Source: Candidatus Nomurabacteria bacterium
GTDB taxonomy: Bacteria > Patescibacteriota > Minisyncoccia > Phycocordibacterales > UBA9973
Reading direction: 5' to 3'
Length of the DNA: 39,915 nt
Assembly: GCA_016196605.1 (NCBI GenBank)
Contig: JACPXJ010000004.1
Location: 1 to 39,915 of the forward strand
Below the pieces are notes generated by a model. The model saw only the letters and a list, made by a program, of their open reading frames with translations, made no database searches and had not been told where the DNA came from. Made by a program: the position numbers and the translations under genes. This document shows positions 15,948 through 24,644 of this stretch, one piece after another (position 1 is the stretch's first letter; each line of letters opens with the position of its first letter).

Positions 15948-16268
15948 ATGGCTACAAAGCTATATGTAGGGGGACTCCCTTACAGCACTCAGGAGAACGC
16001 TCTCAAGGAGCTCTTCGCGCAGGCAGGAAACGTTGTTTCCGCTGTGATTATCATGGACAAGATGTCCGGTCGTTCTAAGGGTTTTGGATTCGTGGAAATG
16101 GCAACTCAAGAAGAAGCGCAGAAGGCTATTTCTATGTTTAATGACCAAGAATTCGAAGGACGCAAGCTTACTGTCAACGAAGCTCGCCCTATGGAAGCTC
16201 GCCCACCACGAAGTGGAGGCAATGACCGAGGCGGTTACGGGGGAGGAGGCGGACGCCGAGAATACTAA
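15948..16268 (+). CDS. RRM-type RNA-binding protein with a Gly/Arg-rich tail
   Basis: RNP2 KLYVGGL and RNP1 SKGFGFVEM, with C-terminus GGNDRGGYGGGGGRREY. Start chosen at MATKLYV. Confidence 0.9.
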   Translation: MATKLYVGGLPYSTQENALKELFAQAGNVVSAVIIMDKMSGRSKGFGFVEMATQEEAQKAISMFNDQEFEGRKLTVNEARPMEARPPRSGGNDRGGYGGGGGRREY

Positions 16269-16290
16269 TTTATATTTGTACTTTAGAATC

Positions 16291-16316
16291 AAAAAACCGC
16301 CTCCCGGCGGTTTTTT
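16291..16316 (+). terminator. Rho-independent terminator
   Basis: AAAAAACCGCC-TCCC-GGCGGTTTTTT. Confidence 0.8.
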
Positions 16317-16321
16317 GATTG

Positions 16322-16383
16322 GACCTCTCCCGGCTTTCAGCCACCCTCTCCTTAATAAGGAGAGGGACCGGGGGTGAGGTGAG
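16322..16383. repeat. REP/MITE-like nested palindrome, copy A
   Basis: ACCTCTCCCGG..CCCTCTCCTTAATAAGGAGAGGG..CCGGGGGTGAGGTGAG. The same architecture occurs at 18030, 24211 and 30151. Confidence 0.85.
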
Positions 16384-16384
16384 T

Positions 16385-16413
16385 TTGCCTTAATGCGTTA
16401 TCTTTGTTATATT
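16385..16413 (+). promoter_or_regulatory. Promoter TTGCCT-17 nt-TGtTATATT upstream of tRNA-Ile
   Basis: -35 at 16385-16390, -10 at 16408-16413. The tRNA starts at 16427. Confidence 0.5.
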
Positions 16414-16426
16414 TTTTTTTAAGCCT

Positions 16427-16498
16427 GAGTGTGTAGTTCAGTGGTAGAACGCTGTCCTGATAAGACAGAGGTCGAAGGTCCGATTCCTTCCACACTCA
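16427..16498 (+). tRNA. tRNA-Ile (anticodon GAU)
   Basis: GAGTGTG/TA/GTTC-AGTGGTA-GAAC/G/CTGTC-CTGATAA-GACAG/AGGTC/GAAGG-TCCGATT-CCTTC/CACACTC/A. The T-loop has C at position 55. Confidence 0.8.
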
Positions 16499-16512
16499 CT
16501 AGGTCTAGTCTA

Positions 16513-16848
16513 CTAGTATCTTTTTAATAGATCTTCTAGGAATTTTTCAACTGAATCCCCATTAGGGAAATCATCGTAAAGCGCAGGTAAATCACTCGGA
16601 ATAGTGCTTCCTCCCAGGATATGAAACATTCCGTATCTCACAGCATTTGAATATTTATTTTCTAAGTCTGTGACTTTTTTTACAAGTTCTTTTTGGAGTT
16701 CTATAGTTTTTGTAAGATCTTGATCGTCGAGTGCCATAACATTCTTTACTATTTTTTCGAATACCGTACGAAACTTTTCCACCTTCTCGTGATTATAGAC
16801 AGGTGCATTTGGGAATTTTTCTTGTTCCATTTCATTATTATACCACAT
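16513..16848 (-). CDS. Hypothetical acidic protein (111 aa)
   Basis: The ORF fills the gap between tRNA-Ile and the atp operon. No recognisable motif. Confidence 0.45.
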   Translation of the reverse strand: MWYNNEMEQEKFPNAPVYNHEKVEKFRTVFEKIVKNVMALDDQDLTKTIELQKELVKKVTDLENKYSNAVRYGMFHILGGSTIPSDLPALYDDFPNGDSVEKFLEDLLKRY

Positions 16849-16891
16849 TTTGCATTACTGACACCTTTTGATATACTAACTGAAAGCCATA

Positions 16892-17191
16892 ATGGCTTTG
16901 TTTTTTATGGATAAAGACAAGAAAAAACTCGATTGGAAGCCTGCTTTCGAGCTTTTTAGCCAAGTCTCGGCGTGGATAGTGGCGCCGATAGTTTTAGCCC
17001 TTGTATTCGGCAAAATGCTCGATGCGCGTTATGGCACGGAACCTATAATTTTCCTTGTTTTGGCTGGTGTTGGTTTTCTGGTTACCTGTGCGGGGATAAT
17101 TCGCGTGGTTAGAAAATACATTAAAAAATTAAAAGAAATAGCGGATAAATCGCCTCAACGGCGATCTGCCGAAGAGGCAGAAGAAAATTAA
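16892..17191 (+). CDS. AtpZ/AtpI-like small membrane protein of the ATP synthase operon
   Basis: Two predicted TM helices, a basic C-terminus, and a position immediately upstream of atpB. Confidence 0.6.
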   Translation: MALFFMDKDKKKLDWKPAFELFSQVSAWIVAPIVLALVFGKMLDARYGTEPIIFLVLAGVGFLVTCAGIIRVVRKYIKKLKEIADKSPQRRSAEEAEEN

Positions 17192-17194
17192 AGT

Positions 17195-18043
17195 ATGGAA
17201 AAAATCGCGCATGAAATTACATTATTTGCAGAGCCAATTTTCCACCTTGGGAATTTTACCATTACCAACGCTCTGCTTACATCTTGGGTAGCTGTCGCAG
17301 TAATCATAATTTTATCTATCATATTGCGCACGAAGCTTCGCGTCATCCCCGGCAAACTCCAGAATATTTTTGAAATCGTTACCGAGGGCGCGCTAAGTCT
17401 CTGCGATCAGGTGACTGGCAGTCGCATCCTTTCCATGAAAATTTTTCCTTTGGCTATCTGCGTTTTTTTCTTCATCTTACTTAATAATTGGTTGGGACTT
17501 TTGCCTATTGGCGGACTGGGGCTTTTAGAAAGAAGCGAAAAAGGGCTAGCTTTTGTCCCATTTTTACGAGGTGGGACGGCTGACATAAATACTACCATTG
17601 CCCTTGCCGTAATGGCTGTTATCGGGGCAAATATCTTCGGGATTTTTTCAATCGGCATATGGAAAATTTTTAATAAATATGTTAATCTAAAGGCGCTCGG
17701 GGGGACATTTACGAAAATACGTAAAGAGCCGGCAGTCATCATCGTAGCTCCGATCACGTTCTTTGTGGGTATAATCGAGATTATCAGCGAATTTGCCAAG
17801 GTGGCCTCTTTGTCATTTCGTCTTTTTGGCAACGTTTTTGCCGGGGAAGTTCTTCTGGCATCCATGGCGGCGCTGGTGGCCTATGTGGTTCCAATACCAT
17901 TTCTCTTTTTGGAAATTATGGTGGGAATCATACAGGCATTAATATTTTCAATTTTGCTGGTTGTTTATTTTACGATAGCCTCTACGGATCATGAGGAGCA
18001 CGAAGAAAAACATGAACATTTATTGAGTGCCCCCTCTCCTTAA
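17195..18043 (+). CDS. atpB: F0F1 ATP synthase subunit a
   Basis: Polytopic membrane protein with the conserved LSFRLFGNVFAGEV (essential Arg). The last codons and the stop lie inside a REP element. Confidence 0.95.
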   Translation: MEKIAHEITLFAEPIFHLGNFTITNALLTSWVAVAVIIILSIILRTKLRVIPGKLQNIFEIVTEGALSLCDQVTGSRILSMKIFPLAICVFFFILLNNWLGLLPIGGLGLLERSEKGLAFVPFLRGGTADINTTIALAVMAVIGANIFGIFSIGIWKIFNKYVNLKALGGTFTKIRKEPAVIIVAPITFFVGIIEIISEFAKVASLSFRLFGNVFAGEVLLASMAALVAYVVPIPFLFLEIMVGIIQALIFSILLVVYFTIASTDHEEHEEKHEHLLSAPSP

Positions 18044-18116
18044 CAAGGAGAGGGCCGGGGTGAGGTTCTTGAGTCAGGAACCTCCTCCCAGCCTCCCCCT
18101 TATTAAGGGGGAGGGG
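18030..18116. repeat. Two adjacent REP-like palindromes, copies B1 and B2
   Basis: CCCTCTCCTTAACAAGGAGAGGG + CCGGGGTGAGGT at 18032-18066. Then AGGTTC-TTGAGTCAG-GAACCT, followed by the variant CCTCCCCCTTATTAAGGGGGAGG at 18092-18114. Confidence 0.85.
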
Positions 18117-18133
18117 AATAAAAATTATTATAA

Positions 18134-18406
<273 letters not shown>

Positions 18407-18467
18407 TTTTTTGAGAATATAATTGGTTCTAAAAAATTAAAACTGCTCATATTCTAAACGAATAACT

Positions 18468-18917
18468 ATGGACTCAATTATTTCCACATTTCACATAGAC
18501 TGGAAAATTATCATTGCGCAGGCAGTTAATTTTGGCATTGTTTTTGCCGTTCTTTATATTTTTGCGCTCAAGCCGCTCAATAAGCTTATGGCAGAAAGAA
18601 CTGAGAAAATAAAAAAAGGCATTGATGATGCCAAGAAATCTGAAGAAATGCTCTTGAAAGCTGCCCATGAATATGAAGAGAACACCATAAAACTTCGAAA
18701 ACTATCAATAGACACCCAAAAAGAACTCAAAAAAGATTTAGAAAAATTAAGAGCAGAAAATATTGAAAGGATAAAAAAAGATGAAGCCGAACACATAAAA
18801 AAAAGAGCTGTCCAAATGGAAATTGACAAGAAGACTTTGGTCGAATCGGCAAAGAATGAAATCGCGTCTCTGGCTACATTGATTGCTAAAAAAATTATGG
18901 AAGGCGAGAAAAAATAA
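18468..18917 (+). CDS. atpF: F0F1 ATP synthase subunit b
   Basis: N-terminal TM helix then a long charged helix, in operon position. Confidence 0.9.
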   Translation: MDSIISTFHIDWKIIIAQAVNFGIVFAVLYIFALKPLNKLMAERTEKIKKGIDDAKKSEEMLLKAAHEYEENTIKLRKLSIDTQKELKKDLEKLRAENIERIKKDEAEHIKKRAVQMEIDKKTLVESAKNEIASLATLIAKKIMEGEKK

Positions 18918-18918
18918 C

Positions 18919-19329
18919 ATGGCAACAATTACTCCAAAAAATATTGCGGAAGCAATATATAATGCAACTAAGGATAAATCCGGAAGAGAGTTGGAAGAAT
19001 CGCTCCGGGGCTCTGTCCGAGTTTTGTGGCAGAAACGCATGATCGGCAAATCGGATGACATCCTGAAAGAATTACAAAACATTTTTGAGAGAAAAGAAGG
19101 AGTAGTGCGGGTTAAAGTTACCACTGCGGCGAAGATGGAAGAGGGAGTCAGAAAGAAATTAGAGTGGGAACTAAAAGAAAAGCATAAGGCGCGGGCGCTA
19201 CTCAGTGAATTTTTTGAAGAGAGAGATGTGCTGGGCGGGATGCGGGTCGAAGTTGGAGATGAAGTAACGGACGCTACATATAGAAATCGCCTCCGTCAAT
19301 TAGAAAAATTTTTAATGCAAGAAAAATAA
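18919..19329 (+). CDS. atpH: F0F1 ATP synthase subunit delta (short form)
   Basis: Operon position between b and alpha, with an OSCP-like C-terminus ([20 protein letters not shown]). ATG at 18919 sits just after the atpF stop. Confidence 0.8.
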   Translation: MATITPKNIAEAIYNATKDKSGRELEESLRGSVRVLWQKRMIGKSDDILKELQNIFERKEGVVRVKVTTAAKMEEGVRKKLEWELKEKHKARALLSEFFEERDVLGGMRVEVGDEVTDATYRNRLRQLEKFLMQEK

Positions 19330-19334
19330 AGGAA

Positions 19335-20867
19335 ATGTCAAATCAGATAGTAGAAAATTTAAGAAAGGAAATAGAAGCATTCAAAGCGGAAGTCAAAACC
19401 GAGAAAGTCGGCAAGGTAATGGAAGTTTTTGACGGAATCGCCAAGGTTTCCGGCCTTTCTGACATTCGGTCAGGAGAAATGGTCACATTCCAAAATGGCG
19501 AGAGAGGAGTTGCGCTTAATCTGGAGGAGGATGCAGTCGGCGTCATAATTCTGGGTGACTTTTCTAAAATAAAAGAAGGCGACGAAGTAAAGGCTACCGG
19601 AAGAATTTTAGAAATATCGGTATCTAATAATATTTTGGGCAGAGTTGTGAACGCTATCGGTGTTCCCATTGACGGCAAAGGGGCAATCTCCGCCCAAGGC
19701 GGATCCGCCTCGGGCGGAAAAAGTTCCATAGAATATTATCCAATTGAAAAAGTGGCTCCCGGAGTGATTACCAGAGAGAGCGTGGGGGAGCCGGTCGCTA
19801 CGGGCATTAAGGCAATAGACGCTATTATCCCGATCGGCCGCGGACAGCGCGAGCTCTTGATCGGTGACAGGCAGACGGGAAAAACCGCCATCGCCATTGA
19901 CGCCATTTTGAATCAAAAGGGCCAGAATATGATTTGTGTCTATGTTTCTATCGGACAAAAAGATTCAAAATTACGCAAATTGCAGGCGCGACTCGAAGCA
20001 GGCAATAGCATGGAATATACGGTCATAGTCTCTGCCGGCGCATCAGAAGCCGCAGCCCTTTCTTATATCGCTCCTTACACTGGAGTTTCTATCGCAGAAT
20101 TTTTTATGGATCAAGGAAAAGATGTCTTAATTATTTATGATGATCTTTCCAAGCACGCTGTGGCCTATCGAGAAATTTCTCTGCTTCTCCGCCGTCCTCC
20201 CGGCCGTGAAGCGTATCCGGGAGACGTTTTTTATCTGCACTCCCGGCTTTTGGAACGCGCCTGCCGGAGAAATGCAAAATATGGCGGGGGATCGATAACG
20301 GCGCTGCCAATTATTGAGACGCAGGCGGGAGATATTTCTGCCTATATTCCAACAAATGTTATTTCCATCACTGACGGGCAAATTTTCTTGGAAACCGACC
20401 TCTTTTACAAAGGTGTCCGACCGGCGGTCAACGTGGGATCATCCGTGTCTCGTGTCGGCTCCAGCGCCCAGATAAAGGCAATGAAGAAGGTGGCAGGCAC
20501 GCTCAAGCTCGACCTCGCGCAATTCCGCGAGCTCGAAGCTTTCTCTCAATTCGGTTCTGATTTGGACGATGCAACCAAGCGCCAGCTGGAACGGGGCAAG
20601 AGAGCCGTGGAAGTCTTGAAACAGACTCAATATGCACCAGTTAAGACCGAACATCAAGTGGTGACTTTATATGCTCTTACAAAAGGTTATATGGATGACG
20701 TACCAGTAAATAAAATAAAAGAATTTGAAAGCGGACTTATTGACTACACTGAGAGAAATGCAAAAACTTTTTATAAAGAAGTTATAGAAAGTAAAATGTG
20801 GACAGACAAAGGCGAAGAGCAATTAAAGAAAGCAATTGCGGATTTTAAAAGTAGTTTTATAAAATAA
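19335..20867 (+). CDS. atpA: F0F1 ATP synthase subunit alpha
   Basis: [13 protein letters not shown] (P-loop), [43 protein letters not shown]. Confidence 0.97.
   Translation: MSNQIVENLRKEIEAFKAEVKTEKVGKVMEVFDGIAKVSGLSDIRSGEMVTFQNGERGVALNLEEDAVGVIILGDFSKIKEGDEVKATGRILEISVSNNILGRVVNAIGVPIDGKGAISAQGGSASGGKSSIEYYPIEKVAPGVITRESVGEPVATGIKAIDAIIPIGRGQRELLIGDRQTGKTAIAIDAILNQKGQNMICVYVSIGQKDSKLRKLQARLEAGNSMEYTVIVSAGASEAAALSYIAPYTGVSIAEFFMDQGKDVLIIYDDLSKHAVAYREISLLLRRPPGREAYPGDVFYLHSRLLERACRRNAKYGGGSITALPIIETQAGDISAYIPTNVISITDGQIFLETDLFYKGVRPAVNVGSSVSRVGSSAQIKAMKKVAGTLKLDLAQFRELEAFSQFGSDLDDATKRQLERGKRAVEVLKQTQYAPVKTEHQVVTLYALTKGYMDDVPVNKIKEFESGLIDYTERNAKTFYKEVIESKMWTDKGEEQLKKAIADFKSSFIK
19689..19718. 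repeat. Two tandem mini-hairpins TCCGCC-CAA-GGCGGA / TCCGCC-TCG-GGCGGA inside atpA
   Basis: 30 nt, in frame, within the segment encoding [13 protein letters not shown]. Confidence 0.8.
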
Positions 20868-20924
20868 TGGCCGGCATCCCGAACGAAAGCAAAGCTTCGT
20901 ACGGGACAGGCAAAAGAAATTTAC

Positions 20925-21866
20925 ATGGCGGGTACTAAAGAGATAAAACGACGAATTAGATCAGTCAAGAACACCAAGAAGATCACAAAGGCGATGGAGC
21001 TGGTGGCGGCTTCCAAGATGAAGCGAGTCGTTTCTTTGACGCTTGCTTCCCGATTATATGCTGAATATTCTTGGGAGATTTTGACCTCGATAGCTAAAAA
21101 TGTGGAAGAATTGGAACATCCGCTTTTCGCAGAAAGAAAGAAAAAGAAAAATGAAAAAGAGAATATTTTATTGATACTTATCACTTCAAATAGGGGTCTT
21201 TGTGGCGCTTATAATGCGCAAATAATGAAAAAAGCTCTTACTTTTTTAAAAACTAATAAAAACGCCAACATAAGTTTAGGGTCAGTTGGCAAAAAGGGAG
21301 AAATTTTCATTAATCGCACGATTGGATTTTCTTCAGCGAACTTTATTCTAGATGATGTAACTCTTGCCGATATTGAACCAGTTGCAAAATATGTTATAGA
21401 TGAATATAAAAATTTAACATACGGTAAAGTTTTGGTGGCTTATACTGATTTTATTTCCGCTCTTACCCAAAAGCCGAACATCAAGCAGATATTGCCTGTA
21501 TCCAAAGTTGATCTCAAAAAAGTGATCGAGTCTTTGGAGAATATTCGTCACGCGGAAGTCGGACTTCCGCAAAGCCAAAGCGGAAGTCCGACTTCCGCGC
21601 AAATTAAAGTGGATTATTTGTTTGAAGGGGATAAGGTAAAATTGATTAGCTCGCTTGCGGAAAAGCTTACCCGAATGCAAATATATCAGATGATAATCGA
21701 ATCAAACGCGAGCGAGCAGTCGAGTCGTATGGTTGCCATGAAGAATGCCTCGGACGCTTCCGGAGAAATGATAGATGATCTGACCTTGATGTTCAACAAA
21801 GCGAGACAGGCGAATATTACCAGAGAAATATCAGAAATAAGCGCGGGGATGGCATCCGTAAGCTGA
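20925..21866 (+). CDS. atpG: F0F1 ATP synthase subunit gamma
   Basis: KEIKRRIRSVKNTKKITKAMELVAASKM, and C-terminus ARQANITREISEI..G. Confidence 0.95.
   Translation: MAGTKEIKRRIRSVKNTKKITKAMELVAASKMKRVVSLTLASRLYAEYSWEILTSIAKNVEELEHPLFAERKKKKNEKENILLILITSNRGLCGAYNAQIMKKALTFLKTNKNANISLGSVGKKGEIFINRTIGFSSANFILDDVTLADIEPVAKYVIDEYKNLTYGKVLVAYTDFISALTQKPNIKQILPVSKVDLKKVIESLENIRHAEVGLPQSQSGSPTSAQIKVDYLFEGDKVKLISSLAEKLTRMQIYQMIIESNASEQSSRMVAMKNASDASGEMIDDLTLMFNKARQANITREISEISAGMASVS
21551..21599. repeat. Twin 19-nt palindromes in inverted orientation inside atpG
   Basis: GCGGAAGTCGGACTTCCGC (21552-21570), AAAGCCAAA, GCGGAAGTCCGACTTCCGC (21580-21598). The second is the exact reverse complement of the first. 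Confidence 0.9.
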
Positions 21867-21919
21867 CGCTTACGGGATATTTAAATATTTAAAAATATAA
21901 ACAAAAAATTATCAATTAA

Positions 21920-23335
<1,416 letters not shown>

Positions 23336-23346
23336 AATTTTTTAAC

Positions 23347-23386
23347 AAGGACGGTCCTTAAGAGAGTTTCCCCAAGGACCGTCCTT
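23347..23386. repeat. Intergenic twin palindromes AAGGACGGTCCTT / AAGGACCGTCCTT between atpD and atpC
   Basis: The second unit is the exact reverse complement of the first. They can form a 13-bp stem with a 14-nt loop or two local hairpins. Confidence 0.85.
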
Positions 23387-23398
23387 AAGAAAAAATTT

Positions 23399-23851
23399 AT
23401 GGCAAAACAATTGAAATTAAAAATAGTCACTCCGGAGCGTCTTGTGCTCGAGGAAATGGTAGATCAGGTAAGTCTTCCCACAACCGAGGGTGAAATAACT
23501 ATTCTGCCGGGCCATATTCCATTAATTACCGGTCTTGCAAGCGGGGACGTAGTGGCTGTGTCAAAGGACGAGTATGTGCCGATGGCAATAGTCGGGGGAT
23601 TTGTGGAAGTGAAGCCCGGGCAAAATGGCGAAGTAGCCACCGAAGTCGCGGTGCTGGCAGACTTTGCGGAGCATGTATCGGAACTTTCCGAGGACAAAAT
23701 CGGCCAGGCGAAAGCTCGCGCGGAGGAATTGAAAAAGCAGATGGAAAATAAACAGCACGTGGACTTCGAGCACTTCGAAGCCGAATTGGAAAGATCTCTC
23801 ACTCGCGTGAAAATTGCCGATAAATGGCGAACAAGAAAATATCGTAAATAA
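23399..23851 (+). CDS. atpC: F0F1 ATP synthase subunit epsilon
   Basis: KIVTPERLVLEEMVDQVSLPTTEGEITILPGHIPLIT, and a C-terminal helical hairpin. Confidence 0.9.
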   Translation: MAKQLKLKIVTPERLVLEEMVDQVSLPTTEGEITILPGHIPLITGLASGDVVAVSKDEYVPMAIVGGFVEVKPGQNGEVATEVAVLADFAEHVSELSEDKIGQAKARAEELKKQMENKQHVDFEHFEAELERSLTRVKIADKWRTRKYRK

Positions 23852-23878
23852 TACATTCGACAAGCTCAGTATAAAAAT

Positions 23879-24619
23879 ATGTCAAAATTTTACATAGTTG
23901 CGACGCCGATAGGAAATATGGGAGACATCACCCTAAGGGCAATTGAAACCTTGAAAAATGTCGATTTAATTTTGTGCGAGGATACGCGAGAGACGCATAA
24001 AATTTTAGAAAAATATGGAATATCTACGCCGACTATGAGTTATCCATCCGACGATGTCGTCAGAAAAAACTCCAGACAGAGCAACAAATTTGACAAAATT
24101 TTTGAATTATTGGAAGAGGGGAAAGATCTTGCTCTAGTTTCTGACGCGGGTACACCGACCATTTCTGACCCGGGCGCGATGCTAGTTTCTAAAATTAAAG
24201 AAAAGTTTAACCTCACCCCTTCGCCCCTCTCCTTATCAAGGAGAGGGGTTGGGGGAGAGGTGAGTGTGATTCCTATTCCCGGTCCTTCGGCTGTCATTGC
24301 GGCGCTCTCTGCTTCAGGCCTGCCTACTCATGAATTTACTTTTCTCGGTTTTTTACCGCACAAAAAGGGCAGAGAGACTTTGTTTAAAGAAATCGTCGAG
24401 TCAGAAAGGACAATGGTGTTTTACGAATCTCCCCACAGAATTTTAAAAACACTTGAAGCTCTCGTTAAATTCTGTCCTGATAAAAAAGTCTGCGTTGCGA
24501 GGGAGCTTACGAAAATTTATGAAGAATTTAAAACCGGGACACCATCGGAAATATTATATTATCTAGTTCAAAACCCTGTAAAACAAAAAGGGGAGTTTAC
24601 GGTTATCGTTGCATGGTAG
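23879..24619 (+). CDS. rsmI: 16S rRNA (cytidine1402-2'-O)-methyltransferase
   Basis: FYIVATPIGNMGDITLRAIETLKNVDLILCEDTR, SDAGTPTISDPG, PIPGPSAVIAALSASGLP, ESPHR. Confidence 0.9.
   Translation: MSKFYIVATPIGNMGDITLRAIETLKNVDLILCEDTRETHKILEKYGISTPTMSYPSDDVVRKNSRQSNKFDKIFELLEEGKDLALVSDAGTPTISDPGAMLVSKIKEKFNLTPSPLSLSRRGVGGEVSVIPIPGPSAVIAALSASGLPTHEFTFLGFLPHKKGRETLFKEIVESERTMVFYESPHRILKTLEALVKFCPDKKVCVARELTKIYEEFKTGTPSEILYYLVQNPVKQKGEFTVIVAW
24211..24264. repeat. REP/MITE-like nested palindrome, copy C, in frame inside rsmI
   Basis: CCTCACCCC-TTCG-CCCCTCTCCTTATCAAGGAGAGGGG-TT-GGGGGAGAGGTGAG. It translates as LTPSPLSLSRRGVGGEVS between the SDPG and PIPGPSA motifs. Confidence 0.9.
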
Positions 24620-24644
24620 TGTCAAAGAGACACTTTGACAGGTT

